From IMG/VR virus record IMGVR_UViG_2541047960_000005: a DNA stretch of 43,137 nt. One strand, written 5' to 3'. A program made the position numbers and the translations under genes. This DNA is from a virus (Duplodnaviria; Heunggongvirae; Uroviricota; Caudoviricetes). The notes beneath the pieces were generated by a model. It saw nothing but the letters and a program-made list of their open reading frames with translations. It ran no database searches and was not told where the DNA came from. This document shows positions 33,385 through 43,137 of this stretch, piece after piece. Every line of letters begins with the position of its first letter. Within the stretch, counting starts at the first letter, position 1.

Positions 33385-36300
33385 ATGGCGACGTTACGTG
33401 AACTGATTATCAAAATTTCGGCAAATTCGCAGTCATTCCAGTCGGAGATCCAGCGGGCTTCCCGCATGGGCAGTGAATATTACCGGACCCTGCAGAATGG
33501 CGGGCGTCAGGCTGCCGCAGTCGCCCGGGAGCAGCGACGCGCCCTGGCTGAGCTGAACAGCCAGTTGACGGAAATTCGCGGTTCTGCTGTCGGAGTGGCT
33601 GGCGCATTTGCCGGTGCCTTTGCCACCGGACACCTGATTTCACTGGCGGATGAGTGGAGTTCCGTAAATGCCCGTCTGAAACAGGCGTCGCAGTCATCCG
33701 ATGAATTTTCGTCATCACAGAAAGTGCTGATGGATATCAGTCAGCGGACAGGTACCGCGTTTTCGGATAATGCGGCCCTGTTTGCCCGTTCGGCTGCCTC
33801 GATGCGTGAATATGGTTACAGTGCTGATGATGTGCTGAAGGTGACGGAGGCCATTTCGACAGGACTGAAACTGTCAGGGGCTGGAGTTGCGGAATCCGGT
33901 TCGGTGATCACCCAGTTCAGCCAGGCACTGGCACAGGGTGTACTGCGTGGCGAAGAATTTAATGCTGTTAACGAAAATGGCGACCGGGTGATCCGCGCGC
34001 TTGCTGCGGGGATGGGTGTGGCCCGTAAAGATCTGAAGGCAATGGCGGATGACGGAAAACTGACAGCGGATAAAGTGGTCCCCGCGTTAATCAGCCAGCT
34101 GGGGATATTACGTGATGAATATGCGGCCATGCCGGAAACGGTTTCCGGTAGTATCACAAAGGTGGAAAACGCCTTTATGGCCTGGGTGGGCGGTGTGAAT
34201 GAGGCCAGCGGCTCGACGAAAACGCTCTCCGGCGTGCTGAATGGTGTGGCCGGACATATTGATAATGTGGCCGCGGCGGCGGGCGTGCTGGTTGCTGTCG
34301 GGGTGGCCCGGTACTTTGGCAATATGGCCGCAGGCGTGGGAAAGGCCACCACAGAGCTGATCGCGGCGAAGTCCGGGACGGTTGCCCTGGCAGCCGCACA
34401 GGCAGATGCGTCTGTTCAGGTGCAGCGTAAGGCGGCAGCTGACGCGCTGGCGGCAGAACGTGCCTGGCAACTGGCACAGGCTGAACTTGCACTGGCCAGA
34501 AACACCAGTGCGGAGGCGCTGGCCACACAGAATGCCGTCGCAAAACGCCGGGCCATGATTGTGGCCAATGCCGCACTGGTACAGTCGAATCAGGCGGTGG
34601 CGGCCTCGAGGAAGGCGCTGGAGAATGCCACGTCGGTTACGGGAATGCTGAAAAGTGGCGCGGCATCCCTGCTTTCGCTTGTCGGCGGGATACCCGGTTT
34701 ACTGATGCTGGGAGCCGGTGCCTGGTACACGGTGTACCAGAATCAGGAACAGGCCAGGGAGTCCGCCCGTCAGTATGCATCGACGATTGATGAAATCCGG
34801 GCAAAGGTACCGGGAATGACCCTTCCGGAACTGGCTGATAATGAGGGTAAAACCCGCGAGGCACTGGAAGAGCAGAATCGTCTGATTGCTGAGCAGGAAA
34901 GTAAAGTCCGGGGACTGAAAACACAGATTGCTGACTATCAGCGCTGGCTGCAGGAAAATCCACAGGGTGGTTCATGTGCGGAGATTATAACCCACGGCCT
35001 TGCGGAGGCAACCGGCAGGCTGGCGGTCGAGCAGTCACGCCTGACACAGATACAGGAAAAGGCGAAGTCTGTACAGGAAACGCTGGCGTCACTGGAATAC
35101 AACCGTGTGGCGAGGATACGTGAGGAGGCGGCAGAGCAGAACAGGGCATACCAGGCATTACTGCAGACGAATGTTCAGCATACGGAATTCAACCGTCTGC
35201 TGGGGCTGGGGAATGAACTGCTTCAGCAGCGGCAGGGACTGGTGAATGTGCCGTTACGGCTGCCACAGGCCACTCTGGATGATAAACAGCAGAGTGCCCT
35301 GACAAAAACAGAGCGTGAGCTGGCCCTGTCCAGACTGAAAGGGGAAGAAAAAGAGCGTGTCCGACTGGGGTATGCGGCGGATGACCTCGGTTTTGTGGGT
35401 GATCCGTATCAGGAGGCGAGACAACGTTATATCAGTAATGCCCTGGAAGCCTGGCGCAATAACGAGGCGAATAAAACCAAATCCCGGGGTGGAAAATCAG
35501 AGACGGAAAAAGCGGAAGACAGTTTTTCCCGGCTACTGAAGCAGCAGAAAGAGCAACTGGCACTGGCGGGTCAGAATACAGAGCTGGCGAAGCTGAAGTA
35601 CCAGACAGCGCAGGGCGAACTGAAAACCCTGACGGAGATACAGAAGCAGGAACTGCTGCGCAATGCGGCCCTGATTGACCAGCAAAAAATCCGGGAACAG
35701 TTGCGATCCCGGGAAGAGACCCTGAAGAATGATAATGTGGCTGCGCGTGCATCAAATGAAGCCGAACTGCTGGGGTACGGGCAGGGAGAACGAGCCAGGG
35801 AACGCATGCGGGAGTTGCAGCAGATCCGCGACAGCTTCCGCCAGAAGGATGCGGACCTTCAGTCTCAGTATCAGACCGGGGATATCAGTGAGGATTTTTA
35901 CAGACAGGCACGGGCACAGAACGCGCAGTATCTGAGCGAACGCCTTAAGGACCAGGCAGCCTTTTATGCCGAATCGGATGCGCAGCGTGCGGACTGGCAG
36001 AAAGGCTTGCAGGAGGGGCTCAGTAACTGGGTGGACAATGCATCCGATTACGCCTCTCAGGCAGCACAGCTGGCAACGGAGGGGATTTCAGGACTGGTGA
36101 ATAACATCACGGAGATGCTGAACGGAAACAAAGTGGAATGGCGCAACTGGGCCTCATCCGTACTGCAGGAAATCTCAAAAGTTCTTATGAATGCCGCGAT
36201 TGTCAACGGAATTAAGACGGCGGCAAACGGTATGTCCGGTGCGGGAGGATTTATTGGCAGCATTGGTGACTGGCTGGGCGGTGCGGTGGCCAATGCAAAA

Positions 36301-36651
36301 GGCGGCGTGTATACCTCGGCAAACCTGAGTGCGTACAGCAACAGCATTGTGGACACGCCCACGTACTTTGCGTTTGCAAAAGGGGCCGGGCTGATGGGGG
36401 AAGCCGGACCTGAAGCCATTATGCCCCTGACCCGGGCGGCGGATAGCTCGCTGGGCGTACGCGCGGTGGGCAGTATGAACGGCAGTGCCGGTCTGGTGTA
36501 TTCCCCGGTCTACCACATCGCCATTCAGAATGACGGGGCTAACGGACAGATAGGGGCGGAGGCGGCAGGCAGTCTTGTGCAGCTGATTGACCAGCGGGTG
36601 CAGGCGGTGATGCTGTCCATGCGACGTGACGGAGGAATGCTGAGTGGCTGA
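33385..36651 (+). CDS. tail tape measure protein
   Basis: 1088 aa, Ala/Gln-rich coiled-coil central region, Gly-rich C-terminal part; position after the G/GT chaperone. Confidence 0.9.
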   Translation: MATLRELIIKISANSQSFQSEIQRASRMGSEYYRTLQNGGRQAAAVAREQRRALAELNSQLTEIRGSAVGVAGAFAGAFATGHLISLADEWSSVNARLKQASQSSDEFSSSQKVLMDISQRTGTAFSDNAALFARSAASMREYGYSADDVLKVTEAISTGLKLSGAGVAESGSVITQFSQALAQGVLRGEEFNAVNENGDRVIRALAAGMGVARKDLKAMADDGKLTADKVVPALISQLGILRDEYAAMPETVSGSITKVENAFMAWVGGVNEASGSTKTLSGVLNGVAGHIDNVAAAAGVLVAVGVARYFGNMAAGVGKATTELIAAKSGTVALAAAQADASVQVQRKAAADALAAERAWQLAQAELALARNTSAEALATQNAVAKRRAMIVANAALVQSNQAVAASRKALENATSVTGMLKSGAASLLSLVGGIPGLLMLGAGAWYTVYQNQEQARESARQYASTIDEIRAKVPGMTLPELADNEGKTREALEEQNRLIAEQESKVRGLKTQIADYQRWLQENPQGGSCAEIITHGLAEATGRLAVEQSRLTQIQEKAKSVQETLASLEYNRVARIREEAAEQNRAYQALLQTNVQHTEFNRLLGLGNELLQQRQGLVNVPLRLPQATLDDKQQSALTKTERELALSRLKGEEKERVRLGYAADDLGFVGDPYQEARQRYISNALEAWRNNEANKTKSRGGKSETEKAEDSFSRLLKQQKEQLALAGQNTELAKLKYQTAQGELKTLTEIQKQELLRNAALIDQQKIREQLRSREETLKNDNVAARASNEAELLGYGQGERARERMRELQQIRDSFRQKDADLQSQYQTGDISEDFYRQARAQNAQYLSERLKDQAAFYAESDAQRADWQKGLQEGLSNWVDNASDYASQAAQLATEGISGLVNNITEMLNGNKVEWRNWASSVLQEISKVLMNAAIVNGIKTAANGMSGAGGFIGSIGDWLGGAVANAKGGVYTSANLSAYSNSIVDTPTYFAFAKGAGLMGEAGPEAIMPLTRAADSSLGVRAVGSMNGSAGLVYSPVYHIAIQNDGANGQIGAEAAGSLVQLIDQRVQAVMLSMRRDGGMLSG

Positions 36652-36985
36652 GATAAAAACGCTGCATCTGGTCCCGCGTGAAGGGATGCAGGTGAGTGAG
36701 AAACCGTCGGTGGCGAGGGTACGGTTTGGTGACGGTTATGAACAGCGCCGCCCGACGGGACTTAATGCCCGACTGAAGACGTTTCAGGCGGTGTTCCGGG
36801 TGACGGATGAGGCGACCCGGCGATGGCTGGAAGAGTTTTTATCGTGGCATGGTGGTTACCGTGCCTTTTTGTGGCGACCGCCGAAACATAACCGGACGGT
36901 GAGGGTGGTGTGCCGGGAGTGGAGCGTCACAGATAACGCCAGGTACAGTGATTTCAGTTGTACGATTGAGCAGGTGGTGAACTGA
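36644..36985 (+). CDS. M: minor tail protein M
   Basis: 113 aa directly after the tape measure gene with overlapping start; lambda-like order M-L-K-I-J. Confidence 0.75.
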   Translation: MAEIKTLHLVPREGMQVSEKPSVARVRFGDGYEQRRPTGLNARLKTFQAVFRVTDEATRRWLEEFLSWHGGYRAFLWRPPKHNRTVRVVCREWSVTDNARYSDFSCTIEQVVN

Positions 36986-37683
36986 TGCAGGATATTCACG
37001 AAGAAAGTCTGAGCGAGTCGGTTAAATCAGAGCAGTCACCGCGGGTGGTACTCTGGGAAATCGACCTGACGGTACAGGGCGGTGAGCGGTATTTTTTCTG
37101 TAATGAGCTGAATGAAAAAGGGGAGCCGGTCACCTGGCAGGGGCGGCAATATCAGGCATACCCGATTGACGGCAGCGGTTTTGAGATGAGCGGGAAGGGC
37201 AGCAGTGCCAGACCGTCGCTGACGGTGTCCAATCTGTTCGGTCTGGTCACCGGGATGGCGGAAGACCTGCAGAGTCTGGTGGGGGCCACGGTGGTCCGCC
37301 GCCGGGTGTATGCCCGTTTTCTGGATGCGGTGAATTTCGTTGCGGGCAATCCGGAGGCCGACCCGGAGCAGGAGCTGACGGACCGCTGGGGGGTGGAGCA
37401 GATGTCACCGCTGACAGCCATGACGGCCTCGTTTGTGCTGGCCACACCGACCGAGACGGACGGGGCGCTGTTTCCCGGTCGTATCATGCTGGCGAACACC
37501 TGTATGTGGACCTACCGCTCTGATGAGTGTGGTTACACGGGCGGGGCTGTGGCGGATGAGTTCGATAAACCCACCACGGATATCCGTAAGGACAGATGCA
37601 GCAAGTGCATGCGCGGGTGTGAACTGCGCAGGAATGTCGGCAATTTTGGCGGTTTCCTTTCCATTAATAAACTTTCGCAGTAA
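36985..37683 (+). CDS. L: minor tail protein L
   Basis: 232 aa with C-terminal Cys cluster (CGYTGG...CSKCMRGC) as in lambda L. Confidence 0.8.
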   Translation: MQDIHEESLSESVKSEQSPRVVLWEIDLTVQGGERYFFCNELNEKGEPVTWQGRQYQAYPIDGSGFEMSGKGSSARPSLTVSNLFGLVTGMAEDLQSLVGATVVRRRVYARFLDAVNFVAGNPEADPEQELTDRWGVEQMSPLTAMTASFVLATPTETDGALFPGRIMLANTCMWTYRSDECGYTGGAVADEFDKPTTDIRKDRCSKCMRGCELRRNVGNFGGFLSINKLSQ

Positions 37684-37693
37684 ATCCCGGTTT

Positions 37694-38437
37694 ATGACAC
37701 AGACTGAATCAGCGATTCTGGCACATGCCCGGCGGTGTGCGCCTGCGGAGTCGTGCGGCTTCGTGATAAGCACGCCGGAGGGGGAGCGGTATATCCCTTG
37801 TGTGAATATTTCCGCGGAGCCGGAGGCGTATTTTCGTATCGCACCGGAAGACTGGCTGCGGGCAGAGATGCAGGGGGAGATTGTGGCACTGGTCCACAGT
37901 CATCCCGGTGGGCTGCCCTGGCTGAGCGAGGCTGACCGGCGGCTGCAGATAAAAAGCGCACTGCCCTGGTGGCTGGTCTGCCGGGGTGACATTCACAAAT
38001 TCCGCTGTGTGCCACATCTGACGGGACGGCGCTTTGAGCACGGGGTGACGGACTGTTACACGCTGTTCCGGGATGCTTATCATCTGGCGGGGACTGAAAT
38101 GCCGGATTTTCATCGCGAGGATGACTGGTGGCGCAACGGCCAGAACCTTTACCTGGACAATATGGCGGTCACCGGCTTTTACCGGGTGCCCCTGTCCTCT
38201 GCACAGGCGGGCGATATTCTGCTGTGCTGCTTTGGTGCTTCGGTACCGAACCATGCCGCCATTTACTGCGGTAACGGTGAGCTGCTTCACCATCTGCCTG
38301 AACAACTGAGTAAACGGGAGAGGTATTCCGAAAAATGGCAACGACGAACGCATTCTGTCTGGCGTCACCGCCACTGGCACGCATCTGCCTTCACGGGGAT
38401 TTACAACGATTTGGCCGCCGCCTCAGCCTGTATGTGA
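37694..38437 (+). CDS. K: tail assembly protein K (MPN/JAMM plus NlpC/P60 domains)
   Basis: JAMM motif EIVALVHSHPGG then NlpC/P60-type Cys/His region (VTDCYTLFRDAYH ... HAAIY). Confidence 0.85.
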   Translation: MTQTESAILAHARRCAPAESCGFVISTPEGERYIPCVNISAEPEAYFRIAPEDWLRAEMQGEIVALVHSHPGGLPWLSEADRRLQIKSALPWWLVCRGDIHKFRCVPHLTGRRFEHGVTDCYTLFRDAYHLAGTEMPDFHREDDWWRNGQNLYLDNMAVTGFYRVPLSSAQAGDILLCCFGASVPNHAAIYCGNGELLHHLPEQLSKRERYSEKWQRRTHSVWRHRHWHASAFTGIYNDLAAASACM

Positions 38438-39015
38438 ACACGGCAGCGGAAGCCATTCGCGCCCTGTCGATGCAGATGCCGGGCTTTCGCCGTCAGATGA
38501 ACGAAGGCTGGTACCAGATACGTATTGCCGGTGATGACACGGCACCGGAGGCGGTGTACGCCCGTCTTCACGAACAGCTGGGTGAGGGAACGGTCATCCA
38601 CATTGTGCCGCGACTGGCCGGGGCCGGAAAGGGTGGACTGCAGATTGTGCTGGGGGCGGCAGCCATCGTGGGCTCTTTCTTCACGGCCGGTGCCTCGATG
38701 GCGTTATGGGGTACAGCCCTGAGTGCCGGCGGTTTTTCTGCCACCACAATGCTGTTTTCACTGGGTGCCAGCATGATACTGGGCGGTGTGGCCCAGATGC
38801 TGGCCCCGAAGGCAAAAACACCGGATTACCGCGCAACGGATAACGGCAGACAGAACACGTACTTTTCCTCGCTGGATAACATGATTGCCCAGGGGAACCC
38901 GATGCCGGTGCCTTACGGGGAAATGCTGGTTGGCTCCCGCCGTATATCCCTGGACATCAGCACCCGTGATGAAGGCGGGGGCGGAAAGGTCGTGGTTATC
39001 GGGCGGCAGGGGTAA
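38335..39015 (+). CDS. I: tail assembly protein I
   Basis: 226 aa overlapping the 3' end of K, hydrophobic Gly/Ala-rich C-terminal segment; start uncertain. Confidence 0.7.
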   Translation: MATTNAFCLASPPLARICLHGDLQRFGRRLSLYVNTAAEAIRALSMQMPGFRRQMNEGWYQIRIAGDDTAPEAVYARLHEQLGEGTVIHIVPRLAGAGKGGLQIVLGAAAIVGSFFTAGASMALWGTALSAGGFSATTMLFSLGASMILGGVAQMLAPKAKTPDYRATDNGRQNTYFSSLDNMIAQGNPMPVPYGEMLVGSRRISLDISTRDEGGGGKVVVIGRQG

Positions 39016-39225
39016 AAAGAATAAAAAAATCCCGCAGTGATCGCGGACAGGAACTGCGGGAGAGTTACGAAGATTAAGTGTAAGGAATTATTCTTATGTC
39101 ACGACAAAAAAATTAACGCAGAGAAATTATACGCGCCACAGTCAGTTTGTGAAAATGTGAAGATATTCAGAATTTTTATGCCATTACCGGTTTTAACCAA
39201 CAGGATTATCGGTGGGCATGAAAGA

Positions 39226-39262
39226 AAACCCCGGTATCTGCTGATACCGGGGTTTCTCTTTA
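39226..39262. terminator. 13-bp-stem hairpin with flanking A-run and T-rich run in the I-J spacer (bidirectional terminator-like)
   Basis: AAACCCCGGTATC-TGCTG-GATACCGGGGTTT flanked by GAAAGAAAA and TCTCTTT. Confidence 0.45.
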
Positions 39263-39358
39263 GCATGGCAGAAATGTGTTTCATGCTTTTCGGGCGAAGG
39301 ATATCCGACTTCTGTACGGAATGGCAAGTGGCGGTTAATTTATTCAGGGGAAGGCTGT

Positions 39359-42300
39359 ATGGGAAAAGGTGGCGGTAAGGCACACACGCCTCGTGAGGCG
39401 AAGGATAATCTCAAATCCACGCAGATGATGAGTGTGATTGATGCGATTGGTGAGGGACCGATAGAAGGTCCGGTGAAGGGACTGCAGAGTATCCTGGTGA
39501 ACAAAACCCCGCTGACGGACACGGACGGTAATCCCGTGATACACGGTGTGACCGCGGTCTGGCGTGCCGGGGAGCAGGAGCAGACACCACCGGAAGGCTT
39601 TGAGTCCTCCGGAGCTGAAACCGGACTGGGCGTGGAAGTGACGAAGGCAAAACCGGTGACGCGCACCATTACGTCCGCGAACATTGACCGCCTGCGGGTT
39701 ACCTTCGGGGTGCAGTCACTGGTGCAGACCACGTCAAAGGGTGACCGTAACCCGGCATCCGTCCGCCTGCTGATTCAGTTACAGCGTAATGGCCGCTGGG
39801 TGACGGAAAAGGATGTCACCATTAACGGCAAGACCACCTCGCAGTTCCTGGCCTCGGTGATTCTGGATAATCTGCCTCCCCGGCCCTTTAACATCCGGAT
39901 GGTCCGGGAGACGGCGGACAGCACCACGGACCAGCTGCAGAATAAGACGCTGTGGTCGTCATACACCGAAATCATCGATGTGAAACAGTGCTACCCGAAC
40001 ACGGCCATTGTGGGGCTGCAGGTGGATGCGGAGCAGTTCGGCGGCCAGCAGATGACGGTGAACTACCATATCCGCGGTCGCATCATCCAGGTGCCGTCAA
40101 ACTATGACCCGGAAAAACGCACGTACAGTGGTATCTGGGACGGCAGCCTGAAACCGGCATACAGCAACAACCCGGCCTGGTGTCTGTGGGACATGCTGAC
40201 TCACCCGCGCTACGGCATGGGAAAACGTCTGGGGGCGGCGGATGTGGACAAGTGGGCGCTGTATGCCATCGGGCAGTACTGCGACCAGACGGTCCCGGAT
40301 GGTTTCGGGGGGACCGAGCCGCGGATGACCTTTAATGCGTACCCGGCACAACAGCGTAAGGCGTGGGACGTTCTCAGTGATTTCTGCTCTGCGATGCGCT
40401 GTATGCCGGTATGGAACGGCCAGACGCTGACGTTCGTTCAGGACCGTCCGTCGGATGTGGTGTGGCCGTACACCAACAGCGATGTGGTGGTGGATGATAA
40501 CGGCGTGGGTTTCCGCTACAGCTTCAGTGCCCTGAAGGACCGGCACACGGCAGTGGAGGTGAATTACACCGACCCGCAGAACGGCTGGCAGACCTCCACG
40601 GAACTGGTGGAAGACCCGGAAGCCATACTGCGCTACGGACGCAACCTGCTGAAGATGGACGCGTTCGGCTGTACCAGCCGCGGTCAGGCCCACCGTGCCG
40701 GGCTGTGGGTGATAAAGACCGAACTGCTGGAAACGCAGACGGTGGATTTCACGCTCGGGTCACAGGGGCTGCGTCACACACCCGGTGACATCATTGAAAT
40801 CTGTGATAACGACTATGCCGGGACCATGACCGGCGGACGTGTCCTGTCCATCGATGCCGCCAGCCGTACCCTGACGCTGGACCGGGAGGTGACACTGCCG
40901 GAGACCGGCACGGCCACTGTTAATCTGATTAACGGCAGCGGTAAGCCGGCGAGCGTGGCCATCACCGCACACCCCGCGCCTGACCGGATACAGGTCAGCA
41001 CCCTGCCGGATGGTGTGGAGACATACGGGGTGTGGGGACTCTCCCTGCCGTCACTGCGTCGTCGCCTGTTCCGCTGTGTCTCCATCCGGGAAAACACGGA
41101 CGGCACCTTCGCCATCACGGCGGTGCAGCACGTACCGGAAAAAGAAGCCATCGTGGATAACGGTGCCCGCTTTGAGCCGCAGTCAGGTTCCCTGAACAGC
41201 GTCATCCCACCGGCAGTGCAGCACCTGACGGTGGAGGTGAGCGCAGCTGACGGCCAGTATCTGGCGCAGGCGAAATGGGACACGCCGCGGGTGGTGAAGG
41301 GTGTGCGCTTCAGTCTGCGCCTGACCAGTGGTAAGGGAACGGATGCCAGACTGGTGACCACCGCCATCACTGCCGATACGGAGCACCGTTTCAGTGGCCT
41401 GCCACTGGGGGAATACACCCTGACGGTCAGGGCGATTAACAGTTATGGCCAGCAGGGCGAACCGGCCACCACCACCTTCCGGATTAACGCGCCTGCAAAA
41501 CCCGCCACCATTGAGCTGACGCCGGGGTATTTTCAGATAACGGCGGTACCGGTGCTGGCGGTGTATGACCCGACGGTGCAGTTTGAGTTCTGGTTTTCGG
41601 AAAAACGCATCACGAACACGGCACAGGTGGAAAAATCTGCCCGTTATCTGGGGACCGGCAGTCAGTGGACTGTCCAGGGCGATCGGATTAAGCCGGGGAT
41701 GGATTTCTGGTTTTATGTGCGCAGTGTCAACCTGGTGGGCAAGTCTGCATTTGTGGAAGCCAGCGGGCAGGCCAGCAATGATGCAAAAGGGTATCTGGAA
41801 TTTTTCCGTGGTCTGATAGATGAGACGCTGCTGGGGCAGGCACTGAAAAAGCGCATTGATGCGTCAGCCCTGCGATCGGATGTCACTCAACTGGAAGAGA
41901 ATATCGGACAACTGGAAGAAGACATCCGTCAGCGGATGGACACGGATATTGCGGAAGTGACCCGGAAAATCGGGGAGGCGGAAAACAGCCTCACGCAGCT
42001 GGTTGCGAAAAAGAATGAGGATCAGACGCTGGCCATCGCGCAGGTGAGTCAGAAAGTGGACCGTGTCAGCAGTGAAATCTCACAGACGGTCAGTCAGAGC
42101 AGTGAGGAAAATACCCGACAGATAGCACAGGTCCGCCAGTACGTGGACAAAAAGCAAAGTGAAATCAAGCAGACAGTCAGCCAGGGCCAGTCAGAAAACG
42201 CCCGGCAGATAGCACAGGTCCGTCAGTACGTGGATGAAAAAGGGAGTGAAATTGCCTCGACCACGGATAAAAAACTGGGTGACCAGGCCGTGACCATACA

Positions 42301-43137
42301 GCAAATCCAGCGGGTTCAGTCAGACACGCGCGATAATCTGAATGCCATGTATATGCTGAAGGTGCAGAAAACGAAGAAGGGTATTCCGTATGTGGCCGGG
42401 ATTGGCGCGGGGATCGAGGATGTCGATGGTCAGACGCTGAGTAACATTCTGCTGCAGGCCGATCGCATTGCGATGATTACTCCGGAGAACGGTAACACCA
42501 CGCCGTTATTTGTGGCGCAGGGGAATCAGCTGTTCATGAACGACGTGTTCCTGAAGCGACTGTTTGCGGTGAGCATCACGTCATCCGGCAATCCTCCTAC
42601 GTTTTCCCTGACGCCGGATGGCAGGCTGGCAGCCCGCAATGCGGATATCAGTGGAGCCATCACGGCGAATACCGGCACGCTCAATAATGTCACCATTAAC
42701 GAGAACTGTGTCATCAGAGGGAAACTGTCTGCAAACCAGATTGAAGGCGATCTCGTTAAAACAGTGGGTAAGGCTTTCCCCCGTGACTCCCGTGCACCGG
42801 AGAGGTGGCCATCAGGGACCATTACCGTCAGGGTTTATGACGATCAGCCGTTTGACCGGCAGATTGTTATTCCGGCGGTGGCATTCAGCGGTGCCAGACA
42901 TGAGCGGGAGAATAACGATATTTATTCGTCATGCCGCCTGATAGTACGGAAAAACGGTGCTGAAATTTATAACCGTACCGCGCTGGATAATACGCTGGTT
43001 TACAGTGGTGTTATTGATATGCCTGCTGGTCGCGGCCACATGACGCTGGAGTTTTCTGTATCAGCATGGTGGGTAAATGGCTGGTATCCCACAGCAAGTA
43101 TCAGCGATTTGCTGGTTGTTGTGATGAAGAAAGCCAC
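39359..43137 (+). CDS. J: host-specificity / central tail fibre protein J (3' end beyond window)
   Basis: N-terminus [39 protein letters not shown]... and long internal stretches match my recollection of lambda J; AGGGGAAGG SD; frame open to the window end. Confidence 0.9.
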   Translation, partial: MGKGGGKAHTPREAKDNLKSTQMMSVIDAIGEGPIEGPVKGLQSILVNKTPLTDTDGNPVIHGVTAVWRAGEQEQTPPEGFESSGAETGLGVEVTKAKPVTRTITSANIDRLRVTFGVQSLVQTTSKGDRNPASVRLLIQLQRNGRWVTEKDVTINGKTTSQFLASVILDNLPPRPFNIRMVRETADSTTDQLQNKTLWSSYTEIIDVKQCYPNTAIVGLQVDAEQFGGQQMTVNYHIRGRIIQVPSNYDPEKRTYSGIWDGSLKPAYSNNPAWCLWDMLTHPRYGMGKRLGAADVDKWALYAIGQYCDQTVPDGFGGTEPRMTFNAYPAQQRKAWDVLSDFCSAMRCMPVWNGQTLTFVQDRPSDVVWPYTNSDVVVDDNGVGFRYSFSALKDRHTAVEVNYTDPQNGWQTSTELVEDPEAILRYGRNLLKMDAFGCTSRGQAHRAGLWVIKTELLETQTVDFTLGSQGLRHTPGDIIEICDNDYAGTMTGGRVLSIDAASRTLTLDREVTLPETGTATVNLINGSGKPASVAITAHPAPDRIQVSTLPDGVETYGVWGLSLPSLRRRLFRCVSIRENTDGTFAITAVQHVPEKEAIVDNGARFEPQSGSLNSVIPPAVQHLTVEVSAADGQYLAQAKWDTPRVVKGVRFSLRLTSGKGTDARLVTTAITADTEHRFSGLPLGEYTLTVRAINSYGQQGEPATTTFRINAPAKPATIELTPGYFQITAVPVLAVYDPTVQFEFWFSEKRITNTAQVEKSARYLGTGSQWTVQGDRIKPGMDFWFYVRSVNLVGKSAFVEASGQASNDAKGYLEFFRGLIDETLLGQALKKRIDASALRSDVTQLEENIGQLEEDIRQRMDTDIAEVTRKIGEAENSLTQLVAKKNEDQTLAIAQVSQKVDRVSSEISQTVSQSSEENTRQIAQVRQYVDKKQSEIKQTVSQGQSENARQIAQVRQYVDEKGSEIASTTDKKLGDQAVTIQQIQRVQSDTRDNLNAMYMLKVQKTKKGIPYVAGIGAGIEDVDGQTLSNILLQADRIAMITPENGNTTPLFVAQGNQLFMNDVFLKRLFAVSITSSGNPPTFSLTPDGRLAARNADISGAITANTGTLNNVTINENCVIRGKLSANQIEGDLVKTVGKAFPRDSRAPERWPSGTITVRVYDDQPFDRQIVIPAVAFSGARHERENNDIYSSCRLIVRKNGAEIYNRTALDNTLVYSGVIDMPAGRGHMTLEFSVSAWWVNGWYPTASISDLLVVVMKKA

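Overview
This window reads as a mosaic lambdoid prophage of the Escherichia/Enterobacteriaceae type, in map order from a truncated early-left arm to the start of the tail fibre region. Left to right: an IS3-family transposase fragment (1-197) abutting a leftward early operon of Ea22-like and unknown small genes (437-4593, minus strand); a CI-type LexA-like repressor flanked by repeated TTGATAC operator half-sites (4594-5460); a rightward early operon with an antirepressor-like gene, a Rha-family gene, an O-like initiator, a DnaC-like loader and a DnaB-like helicase (5689-11358); a DUF968-like gene and a Q-like antiterminator interrupted by an in-frame TGA (11634-13054); an intact general porin on the opposite strand (13242-14324); a late region of Stx-phage type with a terminator, a methylase remnant, two tRNAs, a cargo lipoprotein and a NanS-like esterase but no stx genes (14751-18582); a phage-21-like lysis cassette (pinholin, SAR endolysin, Rz/Rz1) with two unknown genes inserted between holin and endolysin (19261-21843); then HNH, terminase, an HK97-like head module and a lambda-like tail module, with J running off the window end. 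No integrase, attachment site or CRISPR array is present. The most interesting signal is that two cargo lipoproteins carry C-terminal domains closely resembling the periplasmic domains of host TolA (15594-16022) and TonB (22182-22508), suggesting a dual decoy or exclusion module. All calls are from reading the sequence and the ORF track; no database search was run, and hand-derived coordinates may be off by a base or two.
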